NCBI GenBank assembly: GCA_963754315.1
Contig: CAVWFS010000003.1
Coordinates: 32,001 to 96,000 of the forward strand
Length of the DNA: 64,000 nucleotides
Origin: an uncultured Candidatus Rokubacteria bacterium
GTDB lineage: Bacteria > Methylomirabilota > Methylomirabilia > Rokubacteriales > CSP1-6
Direction: 5' to 3'
Below are positions 1-11,798 of the stretch, one piece after another. How positions within the stretch are numbered: the first letter of the stretch is position 1; the number at the start of each line of letters is the position of its first letter. A program made the translations under genes and the position numbers. Below the pieces are notes generated by a model, which made no database searches, had not been told where the DNA came from, and saw only the letters and a list, made by a program, of their open reading frames with translations.

Positions 1-165
1 GGCGAGGTGAACGCCGACTGCCGGCCCGAAGCTGTCGCGCATTTCCTGGTGGCGTCAATCGAGGGTGCCTTACTCATGACGAAGCTCAGCAAGGATGTCG
101 CCGTCTTGGAACAGTGTGTGGAGGAGATGAAGCGCTACCTGACGCTCTACGAGGTTGCTGGATGA
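1..165 (+). CDS. TetR/AcrR-family regulator, C-terminal fragment (5' truncated by window)
   Basis: Frame 1 reads GEVNADCRPEAVAHFLVASIEGALLMTKLSKDVAVLEQCVEEMKRYLTLYEVAG*, resembling the NemR/LmrA-type TetR C-terminal helices. The stop overlaps the next ATG (ATGA 162-165). Confidence 0.6.
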   Translation, partial: GEVNADCRPEAVAHFLVASIEGALLMTKLSKDVAVLEQCVEEMKRYLTLYEVAG

Positions 166-770
166 CAAGTCCGACCCGTACCACTACCGACGCCGAAGCG
201 GCGCTCGTGGAGGCCTTGCGACGCGAAGATCCGGCCGCGGCCGCAACCCTGGTGGAGACGTTCGGCGATCGGGTGTATCGGCTCGCCCGCCGCATCACGG
301 GCTCCAATGAAGATGCCGAAGAGGTGACGCAGGACGCCCTCTGGACGGCCGCGCGTAAGATTCACACGTTCAAGGGCGAGTCGGCGTTCGGCAGCTGGCT
401 CTATCGGATCACTGCCAACGCGGCGTATATGAAGCTGCGGTCGCGTAAGAGCAAGGCCAACGAGATCGCTCTGGACGACGTGCTGCCGAGTCTTGACGAA
501 GAGGGACGTCACTTCGAGCCCATGGACGACTGGTCGGCTCGCGTCGACGCGGCCGCGCTGCAGGGGGAACTGCGCGATCATCTGGAGGAGGCGATCGCGG
601 GGCTGCCCGCCGAGTACCGGACTGCCCTCATTTTGCATGACATCGAGGGGTTGTCGAATCCTGACATCGCGGAGGCGCTGGGGATCAGTCTGCCAGCCGT
701 GAAGTCGCGCGTACACCGCTCTCGCCTCTTTCTGCGCCAGCGGCTGACGGACTACCTGAAGGCGGGCTAA
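162..770 (+). CDS. ECF (sigma-70 group 4) RNA polymerase sigma factor
   Basis: Region 2 DAEEVTQDALW...FGSWLYRITAN and region 4 LPAEYRTALILHDIEGLSNPDIAEALGISLPAVKSRVHRSR. Start placed at ATG 162, coupled to the upstream stop. Confidence 0.92.
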   Translation: MTSPTRTTTDAEAALVEALRREDPAAAATLVETFGDRVYRLARRITGSNEDAEEVTQDALWTAARKIHTFKGESAFGSWLYRITANAAYMKLRSRKSKANEIALDDVLPSLDEEGRHFEPMDDWSARVDAAALQGELRDHLEEAIAGLPAEYRTALILHDIEGLSNPDIAEALGISLPAVKSRVHRSRLFLRQRLTDYLKAG

Positions 771-826
771 GCCGAACTGTACGCGCCGCACGTCCGCGTC
801 ACGCCGCGTGAGGCGCAGACCATGAG

Positions 827-855
827 TTGACGCCCTTGGACCGGTGTGGTCTGAT
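827..855 (+). promoter_or_regulatory. Putative sigma70 promoter for rplU operon
   Basis: TTGACG (827-832), 17 bp, then TCTGAT (850-855) preceded by TG; weak -10. Confidence 0.4.
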
Positions 856-893
856 AACCAGTCGGGTCTATTCCTGATTCAGGATGGGGTGAC

Positions 894-1205
894 ATGGAAG
901 CCGTCATTGCAGCCGGAGGCAAGCAGTACCGGGTCAGCCCCGGGCAGGTCATCTCAGTGGAGAAGGTCCCCGGCGACAAGGGCGCCGTCGTGGAGTTCAA
1001 GTCCGTGCTGTTCGTGAACCGCGATGGTGAGGTTCTGACCGGTCCCCAGGCTCTACAGTCGGCGACCGTACGGGGCGAAGTCGTCCGCCAGGCTCGCCGG
1101 CGCAAGGTGTCGGTCATCAAGTTCAAACGACGCAAAAACTATCGGCGCAACCGTGGGCACCGCCAGCCGGTCACCACGGTGCGTATCACGGGCATCGAGG
1201 TTTAG
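894..1205 (+). CDS. rplU: 50S ribosomal protein L21
   Basis: [12 protein letters not shown]...[19 protein letters not shown]; adjacent to rpmA. Confidence 0.98.
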   Translation: MEAVIAAGGKQYRVSPGQVISVEKVPGDKGAVVEFKSVLFVNRDGEVLTGPQALQSATVRGEVVRQARRRKVSVIKFKRRKNYRRNRGHRQPVTTVRITGIEV

Positions 1206-1210
1206 CCGTC

Positions 1211-1468
1211 ATGGCACACAAGAAGGGTGTCGGTAGCTCGCGTAACGGGCGGGATTCCAACCCGCAGATGCTCGGCGTCAAGCGATTCGCCGGCCAGTAT
1301 GTCACCGGGGGCAGCATCCTCGTGCGCCAGCGAGGGACGCGGTTCAGGCCCGGCGTGAATGTGGGACTCGGCTCCGACGATACCCTCTACGCGAGGATTG
1401 CGGGATACGTCCGCTTCGAGCGACGGGGAGATGCACGCTTCGTGAGCATCGCCGCTTCCGCCTCCTGA
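1211..1468 (+). CDS. rpmA: 50S ribosomal protein L27
   Basis: [24 protein letters not shown] signature. Confidence 0.99.
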   Translation: MAHKKGVGSSRNGRDSNPQMLGVKRFAGQYVTGGSILVRQRGTRFRPGVNVGLGSDDTLYARIAGYVRFERRGDARFVSIAASAS

Positions 1469-3675
<2,207 letters not shown>

Positions 3676-3720
3676 ACTGGCGGGTCGCTCACCGAGAGGG
3701 GCGACGTCGCGGGAGTAGCT

Positions 3721-4977
3721 ATGGGTATCCATGCGCTCGTGGAGGGGAAGGCCCGCGCGGCCCGAGCGGCGGCCGAGGTTCTGGCCCTCACTCCGACCGA
3801 GACCCGGAACGAAGCCCTGCGCCAGATGGCAGAGGGCCTGGAGGAACGCGCTCAAGGCCTGATCGAGACGAACCGGGTCGACCTCGAGCGTGCACGCGCA
3901 GGGGGAAGCTCTCGCGCGTTCCTCGACCGTTTGACCCTTACCGAGCCGAGGATCCGCGCCATGGCCCAGGGGCTGCGCGAGATCGCCGCCCTGGCCGATC
4001 CGGTGGGCCAGGTCGTGAACGCCTGGCGGCGGCCCAACGGTATCGAAGTCACGAGGGTCCGGGTGCCCCTGGGGGTAATCGGGTTCATTTACGAGTCCCG
4101 CCCGAACGTCACCGCGGACGCGGCCGGTCTCTGCATCAAGGCGGGGAACGCAGTGATCCTGCGGGGCGGTAGCGAGGCCTTTGAGTCCAACGCGCTCATC
4201 GCCGCCGTCCTGGCCAGGGCTCTCGACAAGGCCGGGGGGCCGCCGGACGCGATCCAGTTCGTGGACACGACCGATCGCGAGGCAGTAGGCGCCCTGCTCA
4301 CCCTGGACGGGCTGGTCGATCTCGTGATTCCCCGTGGGGGGGAGGAGTTCGTGCGCTGGGTGGCGCAGCATTCGCGAGTGCCCGTCCTGAAGCACGACAA
4401 GGGGCTCGTCCACATGTACGTGGATGCCGATGCCGACTTCGACATGGCGACCAGGCTGGTCATCAACGCCAAGGTCCAGCGTCCGAGCGTCTGCAACGCG
4501 CTCGAGACCTTGCTCGTACACGAAGACGTGGCGCCCCGCCTGCTCCCCGCTCTCGCTGCGCGCCTCGCCGAGTCGGGGGTGGAGATCCGGGGCTGCCCCC
4601 AGGCACAACGGCTGATGCCCGGCGCGCGAGCGGCCTCCGAGGGAGACTGGGACGAGGAGTATCTCGACCTCATCCTGGCAGTGCGCGTGGTCCCTGATCT
4701 CGACGCGGCCCTCACTCACATCCGGCGCCACAGCTCGGGGCTCGCCGAGGCCATCGTGACCAACAACCTCGGGCGGGCGCGCCGTTTCACGCGGGAAGTC
4801 GATGCGGCCGCCGTGCTGGTCAATGCATCGACGCGGCTCGTCGATGGTCACCAGTTCGGAATGGGGGCCGAGATGGGGATTTCCACCTCGCGTGTGCACG
4901 CTCGCGGGCCGGTGGGGGTGACGGAACTGACCACAACCAAGTTCATCGTGCAGGGTGACGGGCAGATCCGGGACTAG
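3721..4977 (+). CDS. proA: Gamma-glutamyl phosphate reductase
   Basis: VPLGVIGFIYESRPNVT, RPSVCNALETLL, NASTR, GAEMGISTSRVHARGPVG. Confidence 0.97.
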   Translation: MGIHALVEGKARAARAAAEVLALTPTETRNEALRQMAEGLEERAQGLIETNRVDLERARAGGSSRAFLDRLTLTEPRIRAMAQGLREIAALADPVGQVVNAWRRPNGIEVTRVRVPLGVIGFIYESRPNVTADAAGLCIKAGNAVILRGGSEAFESNALIAAVLARALDKAGGPPDAIQFVDTTDREAVGALLTLDGLVDLVIPRGGEEFVRWVAQHSRVPVLKHDKGLVHMYVDADADFDMATRLVINAKVQRPSVCNALETLLVHEDVAPRLLPALAARLAESGVEIRGCPQAQRLMPGARAASEGDWDEEYLDLILAVRVVPDLDAALTHIRRHSSGLAEAIVTNNLGRARRFTREVDAAAVLVNASTRLVDGHQFGMGAEMGISTSRVHARGPVGVTELTTTKFIVQGDGQIRD

Positions 4978-4980
4978 CCG

Positions 4981-5625
4981 TTGGCCCGCGTGGGGATCTT
5001 CGGCGGATCATTCAACCCCATCCACTACGGGCATCTCTTGATGGCCGACCAGGTCTTCGAGATGCTGGGCCTGGACCGGCTCATCTTCGTGCCTGCTGCC
5101 GAGCCTCCCCACAAGCCTGTGTGCGAGCTGGCAGCCGCCAGGCACCGCCACGCCATGACCTTGCTGGCCACGAACTCCGATCGCCGCTTCGCCGTGGACG
5201 ACATCGAGTTGCAGCGGGCCGGGCCCTCCTACACGGTTGACACACTCACGACCCTGTCGGCCAGCCAAGACGACCTGATCCTCGTGATGGGTTCCGAGAC
5301 GTTCCTCGGCCTCCTCAGCTGGCACGCCCCCCACCGTTTGCTCGAGCTGGCGCGGCTCGCCGTGGTACCACGCCGCGGCAGCGCCTTCGACCCCGAAGGT
5401 CCCGCCGCGCGGAAGGTCCTGCGCGGAATCGGGGCCGAGCCGTTCGTCCCGGTGGTGGAAGGCGCGCTCCCCGCGCGAGGCACTCTGCTCGTCCATGCGC
5501 TCTCGCTGCCCGTGTCCGCCTCGGACATCCGCGCACGTGTTCTGAGAGGCCGGTCGGTCGCCTATCGTCTTCCACCCGTGGTCATCGACTACATCGAGAC
5601 CCACGGCTTGTACCGCGAGAGGTGA
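4981..5625 (+). CDS. nadD: Nicotinate-nucleotide adenylyltransferase
   Basis: GIFGGSFNPIHYGH (HxGH), PPHK, SYTVDTL, VSASDIR; TTG start; proA-nadD-rsfS synteny. Confidence 0.96.
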   Translation: MARVGIFGGSFNPIHYGHLLMADQVFEMLGLDRLIFVPAAEPPHKPVCELAAARHRHAMTLLATNSDRRFAVDDIELQRAGPSYTVDTLTTLSASQDDLILVMGSETFLGLLSWHAPHRLLELARLAVVPRRGSAFDPEGPAARKVLRGIGAEPFVPVVEGALPARGTLLVHALSLPVSASDIRARVLRGRSVAYRLPPVVIDYIETHGLYRER

Positions 5626-5628
5626 GCC

Positions 5629-5982
5629 CTGACATTCTCCTCGGCTGAAGAGACGGCGCGGCGGGCGGCGCGGGCGGCCCTCGACAAGAAGGCCTCCGAG
5701 CTGGTGGTTCTCGACGTGCGCGGCCTGTCGAGCGTCACCGACTTCTTCCTGGTATGTAGTGGTCGCTCGGTACCCCATGTGCGAACGATTACCGAAGGTA
5801 TCAGGAGTGAGCTCAAGGTCGGAGACGTGCGCCCTCTGCACATGGAAGGCACGGCGGAGAGCGGGTGGGTTCTGCTCGATTACGGCGACCTCCTCGCCCA
5901 CGTGTTCCTGGAGGACACGCGTGCCTACTATGCCCTCGAGCGTTTGTGGGGCGACGCTCCCACCGTTCATGTGGGCGGGTGA
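5629..5982 (+). CDS. rsfS: Ribosome silencing factor RsfS, probable CTG start
   Basis: AALDKKASELVVLDV...DFFLVCSG...WVLLDYGD...YYALERLWGDA. The conserved DKKA segment lies upstream of the track's GTG 5704; the frame is open back to CTG 5629. Confidence 0.93.
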   Translation: MTFSSAEETARRAARAALDKKASELVVLDVRGLSSVTDFFLVCSGRSVPHVRTITEGIRSELKVGDVRPLHMEGTAESGWVLLDYGDLLAHVFLEDTRAYYALERLWGDAPTVHVGG

Positions 5983-5987
5983 TTGGT

Positions 5988-6058
5988 ACATGGGGGCCTC
6001 GATAGGCCCCCCAATCCCCCCGGCCTTCGGCGCGGCCCGGGGAACCCGGGCCGCGCCT
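5988..6058. repeat. Double-hairpin extragenic palindromic element (REP-like)
   Basis: ACAT-GGGGGCCT-cgat-AGGCCCCC, then caatcccccc, then GGCGCGGCCCGGG-gaa-CCCGGGCCGCGCC. Same layout as 15467-15543. Confidence 0.8.
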
Positions 6059-6092
6059 CTGAATCACGTGCGGTGTCACGGCGGACGATATA

Positions 6093-6121
6093 TTGCAAGC
6101 CTCAGGGTCGCATGCTAGCGT
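6093..6121 (+). promoter_or_regulatory. Putative sigma70 promoter for dksA-like gene
   Basis: TTGCAA (6093-6098), 17 bp, TAGCGT (6116-6121) preceded by TG; RBS AAGGAGG at 6149-6155. Confidence 0.55.
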
Positions 6122-6164
6122 GATCGAGCGTGCGGGCGTCGCTGGTGAAAGGAGGTCACGGGCA

Positions 6165-6530
6165 ATGAGAAAAGAGCGACTCGCGACGTTCAAGAAGCGG
6201 CTGGTCGAGAAGCAACGGCAACTGCTCGACGAGGTCGGCCGGAGTGCCCACTACGGCAAGGATCAAGAGGACGATTCCATCAAGGATCTCGGCGACCAGG
6301 CGAATACGGCCTACACGCGCGAGTTCTTCTTCGAGCTTGGAAGTGGTGACCGACGCATGCTGCGCGATGTGACCTCCGCCCTGCAACGCATCGAAGATGG
6401 TTCGTTCGGCGCGTGCGAGCGCTGCGGAGAGGTCATCGCCGACAAGCGTCTGGAGGCACTACCCTTTGCCCGGTACTGCATCAAGTGCCAGCGGTTGGCG
6501 GAGGAGGAGGCGCGGGTGGCCGCCAGCTGA
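6165..6530 (+). CDS. dksA: DksA/TraR-family C4 zinc-finger transcription factor
   Basis: Coiled-coil tip DLGDQA (DxxDxA), ALQRIEDGSFGACERC...RLEALPFARYCIKCQ; strong RBS before ATG 6165. Confidence 0.9.
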   Translation: MRKERLATFKKRLVEKQRQLLDEVGRSAHYGKDQEDDSIKDLGDQANTAYTREFFFELGSGDRRMLRDVTSALQRIEDGSFGACERCGEVIADKRLEALPFARYCIKCQRLAEEEARVAAS

Positions 6531-6582
6531 GGCCGTCGCCGTCTCGCGTGAACCCGATCGCTCCCACACTCTCGTCGTCCTG

Positions 6583-7614
6583 ATGGCCTCTGCGGCGCTG
6601 TTCGATCTGCTCACTTCGCTCGGACGTGATCTCGGTCGCTTCTTTGGTGCCTCGCGGGGCGGGGGTGCCTCGCGGGGCGGGGGTGCCTCGCGGGATGGAG
6701 GTACTTCGCGAGGCTGGGGTGTCTTGCGGGAGTGGGGTGCCTCGCGACGGGAAAGCATCGATTCGCAGCAGGTCCAGTCGTGGCTGGCCGAGGCGGAAGC
6801 GGCGTCTCAGGCGGGCCAGCTCGACGAGGCAATGGCTCTCTACCGGCGAGTTCTGGGTGAGCGGAGCACCCACCTGGTAGCGCTGCGCGGTTTGCGCGAG
6901 GTGGCGCTCGTGTCGGGCCGGCCGGCAGAAGCCATCAGCGTCCAGCAGCGTCTCATCAGCGCGGTTCCCTCCCACGAGCGCGCGCCAGAAGCCCAACGGC
7001 TGGCCATCCTTCATTACGAGCAGGCGTCCGAAGAGCTCGGGCGCGGGCGTCCCGCTGCCGCCGTTCCCCACCTGAGGACCGCATTACGCTGGGCGCGGGA
7101 TTTCGTTCCTGCCACCTTGGCTCTGGGGGACGCCCAGACGCTCCTCGGAGAGCACCGCGAGGCAGTGCGAACGTGGGAGCGCGCTCTGGAAGGCCAGCCG
7201 AGCTTACCCGTGCTGGCCCGTTTGGAACGTGCCTACCGCGAAGAAGGCCGCCCGACCCGCATGATCGCGGTCTACCGCGAGGCGATCGCGCGAGCGCCGG
7301 ACAATGTAGCCCTGGCCGTGGCGCTTGGCCGCGTTTACCTCGAGCTGGAGATGCTCGATGAGGCAGCGGACGAACTCGAGAAGGTCGAGGTGCGGGCGCC
7401 CGATCTGCCTGTCGTGCATGCCTACCTGGCTACCCTCTTCGAGCGCCGAGGGGATCTACGCGAGGCGTGCGCGGAATATCGCCGAAGCCTTCACCTTGCT
7501 CGGCTCCTCGACTGGCCGCACCGGTGCGAGAGTTGCCATGCGACGAGTGCTGGCTGGCACGAGCAGTGTCCGGCCTGCCACGGCTGGAACACGCTGCGCC
7601 CTGCCCAGTCCTGA
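6583..7614 (+). CDS. TPR protein with C-terminal rubredoxin-like domain (LapB/YciM-like); start uncertain
   Basis: Several TPR-like helical repeats; C-terminal HRCESCH...WHEQCPACHGWNTLRP matches the LapB-type CxxC...CPxC..W pattern. Confidence 0.78.
   Translation: MASAALFDLLTSLGRDLGRFFGASRGGGASRGGGASRDGGTSRGWGVLREWGASRRESIDSQQVQSWLAEAEAASQAGQLDEAMALYRRVLGERSTHLVALRGLREVALVSGRPAEAISVQQRLISAVPSHERAPEAQRLAILHYEQASEELGRGRPAAAVPHLRTALRWARDFVPATLALGDAQTLLGEHREAVRTWERALEGQPSLPVLARLERAYREEGRPTRMIAVYREAIARAPDNVALAVALGRVYLELEMLDEAADELEKVEVRAPDLPVVHAYLATLFERRGDLREACAEYRRSLHLARLLDWPHRCESCHATSAGWHEQCPACHGWNTLRPAQS
6646..6753 (+). repeat. In-frame 18-bp tandem repeat, 6 degenerate copies (GASRGG)
   Basis: ggtgcctcgcggggcggg x2, then ggtgcctcgcgggatgga, ggtacttcgcgaggctgg, ggtgtcttgcgggagtgg, ggtgcctcgcgacgggaa. 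Confidence 0.9.
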
Positions 7615-7617
7615 CCG

Positions 7618-8401
7618 ATGCGTGTGTGGGCGCTGGCCGCGCTCGATCTTGTCTTCCCTAGCCTTCTGTCCCTCGTGTCGGTCGCCACTCGGTGCTGGCC
7701 GCCGGGACCCTCTGTGTGGGCCGTGCTTCACGGGCATCGTTCGCATCGTGCCCCCCCTGTGTGATCGGTGTGGCCTCCCTTTGCCGCCGCAGCGCGCGGC
7801 AGCCCACGCGATCTGTTTTCGATGCCTCGCGGCGGCCCCGGCCTACGATTACGCCCGGGGCGGGGGCATCTATGCCGGAGCCCTGCGGGATGCCCTCCAC
7901 GCCCTCAAATTCCACGGCAAGCGAGCCGTGGCCAAGCCGCTGGCGGAATTGATGCTTGAGCAGCGAACAGCGAACTTCGGGTCTGATGTCGACGCACTGG
8001 TACCCGTGCCCTTGGCCCGGCGCCGCCTCGCGGAGCGGGGATACAATCAGGCGGAGCTGATTGCCGAACGACTCGCCGCGGCGCTGCGCGTCCCGTTGCG
8101 CAGGCGCTGGCTGGTCAGGGTGCGGGAGACATCGCCGCAGAGTGATCTCACCGCCGCCGAGCGACGGGCCAACGTCGAAGGGGCCTTCGTGGCAACCGGC
8201 TCCGCTGCCGGTCAGCACATCGTCATGATCGACGACATCTTCACCACAGGCGCCACCGCCAACGCGTGCGCCCGCGCGTTGCGGGCGGCCGGGGCGAGTC
8301 GAATCGGCGTGGCCACGGTGGCAAGAGTCGCGGAGCCCGGTGACGCATGGCGTGGGCTCGGCGGTCTTGCCGCGGCGGCGGCGGTCGGATATACTTACTA
8401 A
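7618..8401 (+). pseudogene. comF: ComF-family phosphoribosyltransferase with double zinc ribbon; +1 frameshift near 7660 (real or assembly error)
   Basis: ATG 7618 reads MRVWALAALDLVFP, then one extra base, then AFCPSC...LCGPC...CDRCG...CFRC, RGYNQA, IDDIFTTGAT. Confidence 0.8.
8367..8395 (+). promoter_or_regulatory. Sigma70 promoter for gap-pgk-tpiA-secG, inside comF 3' end
   Basis: TTGCCG (8367-8372), 17 bp, TATACT (8390-8395); AT-rich leader and AAGGAG before gap. Confidence 0.7.
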
Positions 8402-9448
<1,047 letters not shown>

Positions 9449-9451
9449 TCC

Positions 9452-10636
9452 TTGCCGAAGCTCACAATTCGGGAGCTTGACCTGACAGGCAAGCGGGTCT
9501 TCCTACGCGCCGACCTGAACGCACCCCTCGAAAAGGGGGTCGTCGCCGACGAGACGCGGCTGACGTCGGTCGTCCCGACCATCGAACACATCCTCGGTGC
9601 GGGTGCCTCCCTCGTCGTAGCCTCGCATCTTGGCCGGCCCAAGGGCGGGGCCGATCCGAAATACTCCCTGGGCCCGATCGCCGAACGCCTGGGGACCCTG
9701 CTCGGTCGTTCGGTTCCTCTGGCCTCCGACTGCGTGGGTCCGGAGACCACTGCGCGAGCCCAGGCGCTGGTGCCTGGTGAACTGCTGCTCCTCGAGAATC
9801 TGCGCTTCCACTCCGAGGAGGAGGCCAACGATGACGGCTTTGCCAAGTCCTTGGCCTCGCTAGGCGAGTGCTACGTCAACGACGCCTTTGCGGCCGCGCA
9901 TCGAGCCCATGCCTCCATCGCCGCCATCACGCGATATCTACAGCCGGCGGCGGCCGGCCTTCTCATGGAGGCGGAGCTGGCGGCGCTCGGGCGGATCCTA
10001 GAGTCCCCCGCGCGACCGGTAGCCGCCGTGCTCGGAGGGGCTAAGGTTTCCGACAAGCTCACGCTCGTCGAGAATCTGCTCGGGAAGGTCGACATCCTCC
10101 TCATCGGCGGCGGAATGGCGTACACGTTTCTCCGTGCGCTCGGTCACGACGTGGGGCGCTCGCTCCTCGAGCCGGACAAGGTCGAAATGGCGCGGGTGGC
10201 GCTCGAGTCGGCGCGACGCCGCGGCGTGCCGATGGTGTTGCCTGTCGACGCCGTGGTGGCACAGAGCGTAGACAGCCCGAGTGGTCGCGCGGTGAGCGTA
10301 CGCCAAATCCCGGCCGACCACATGGGGCTCGACATCGGCCCGCGAACCGTGGAACGCTTCACGGATGCCTTGAAGCCCGCTCGCACGATCGTCTGGAACG
10401 GCCCCCTGGGGGTGTTCGAGAGGGCCCCCTTTTCGGAAGGGACGCTCGGGGTGGCGCGAGCAGTGGCTGCCTCCGCGGCCTTCTCGGTGATCGGAGGCGG
10501 GGATACGGTCGCGGCGGTACGTCGCGCCGGGATCGAGGCGCAGATCGGCTACATCTCGACGGCTGGCGGAGCCTTTCTCGAGTTCCTCGAGGGGCGTGCG
10601 CTACCCGGCGTGGACGCCCTCACCGACCGATCGTAG
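9452..10636 (+). CDS. pgk: Phosphoglycerate kinase
   Basis: RADLNAP, SHLGRP, LENLRF, GGAKVSDK, WNGPLGVFE, STAGGAFLE. Confidence 0.98.
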   Translation: MPKLTIRELDLTGKRVFLRADLNAPLEKGVVADETRLTSVVPTIEHILGAGASLVVASHLGRPKGGADPKYSLGPIAERLGTLLGRSVPLASDCVGPETTARAQALVPGELLLLENLRFHSEEEANDDGFAKSLASLGECYVNDAFAAAHRAHASIAAITRYLQPAAAGLLMEAELAALGRILESPARPVAAVLGGAKVSDKLTLVENLLGKVDILLIGGGMAYTFLRALGHDVGRSLLEPDKVEMARVALESARRRGVPMVLPVDAVVAQSVDSPSGRAVSVRQIPADHMGLDIGPRTVERFTDALKPARTIVWNGPLGVFERAPFSEGTLGVARAVAASAAFSVIGGGDTVAAVRRAGIEAQIGYISTAGGAFLEFLEGRALPGVDALTDRS

Positions 10637-10639
10637 ACC

Positions 10640-11422
10640 ATGCGCGTACCGCTCATCATCGGCAACTGGAAGATGCACGGGACAATCGCCGAGGCCCGCG
10701 CGCTGGCCACTGGCATCCGCGACGGGCTGAGCTCACGTTCGGATGCCGACGTGGCGCTGTGTCCGCCCCATACCGCTCTGGCTGCTGTGGGCGCGATCCT
10801 CGCCGGTAGCGCCATCGTGCTCGGCGCGCAGAACTGCCATTACGATGCTGCTGGCGCCCACACTGGGGAGATCTCGCCGACCATGCTCGTCGACCTCGGA
10901 GTGCGTGCCGTCCTGCTCGGTCACTCCGAACGTCGGCACGAGCAGGGGGAGCCCGATGATCTCATCAACCGCAAGGTACGGGCCGTGCTGGCGCACGACA
11001 TGACGCCGGTTCTGTGCGTGGGAGAAACCGACGAGGAACGCCGCCAGGGGCTCACCTTCACGACCGTCGAGGGACAATTGCGGGCGGGCCTGGCCGGCGT
11101 GCCGGCCGAGACGATGACGCGGATCGTTCTCGCGTACGAGCCGGTGTGGGCCATCGGGACGGGAGTGAACGCGACACCGATACAGGCCGCCGAGGTGCAT
11201 GGATACCTGCGCGGCCTCCTCTCTGAACTGGCCTCCAAGGAGACGGCCCAGACCGTGCGGATCCTCTATGGGGGCAGCGTCAAGGCCGACAACGCCGAAG
11301 CGTTGGTCGCTCAAGCGGAGATCGACGGTGCCCTGGTGGGCGGCGCCAGCCTCAACGCCCAGAGCTTCCTGGCCATCGTCAAGCACGCCGCCCGCGCCAG
11401 CCGCGGCCTCGAGGGAGATTGA
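10640..11422 (+). CDS. tpiA: Triosephosphate isomerase
   Basis: GNWKM, GHSERR, AYEPVWAIGTG, YGGSVK, LVGGAS. Confidence 0.99.
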   Translation: MRVPLIIGNWKMHGTIAEARALATGIRDGLSSRSDADVALCPPHTALAAVGAILAGSAIVLGAQNCHYDAAGAHTGEISPTMLVDLGVRAVLLGHSERRHEQGEPDDLINRKVRAVLAHDMTPVLCVGETDEERRQGLTFTTVEGQLRAGLAGVPAETMTRIVLAYEPVWAIGTGVNATPIQAAEVHGYLRGLLSELASKETAQTVRILYGGSVKADNAEALVAQAEIDGALVGGASLNAQSFLAIVKHAARASRGLEGD

Positions 11423-11788
11423 ATGTTCATTGCACTGGTTGTTCTGCACACCCTGCTCTGCATGGCGATTATCGGTATTGTTCTGCTCCAGTCGGGGAAG
11501 GGAGCGGACATCGGTTCCGCGTTCGGCGGAGCCGGTTCCCAGGCCGTGTTCGGCTCCATGGGGACGCCGACCGTGCTCAGCAAGATCACCGCGGCGGTGT
11601 CCGTGTTGTTCCTAGTGACGTCGTTCGGCCTCGCGATGCTGGGTAGCGCCGGCTCGAGTTCGGTCATTCGAGAAACACAAGCGCCAGCGGCAGCCCCTGT
11701 TCCCGCAGCGGCGCCCGTGCCCGATGCCCCGACTGCCCCCGCCGCCCCGGCTGCCCCTGCCCCGGCCGTGCCCGTGCCCGCCAAGTAA
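11423..11788 (+). CDS. secG: Preprotein translocase SecG with Pro/Ala-rich tail
   Basis: IVLLQSGKGADIGSAFGGAGSQAVFGS, two TM helices; follows tpiA. Confidence 0.96.
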   Translation: MFIALVVLHTLLCMAIIGIVLLQSGKGADIGSAFGGAGSQAVFGSMGTPTVLSKITAAVSVLFLVTSFGLAMLGSAGSSSVIRETQAPAAAPVPAAAPVPDAPTAPAAPAAPAPAVPVPAK

Positions 11789-11798
11789 GGGGGTGCCA

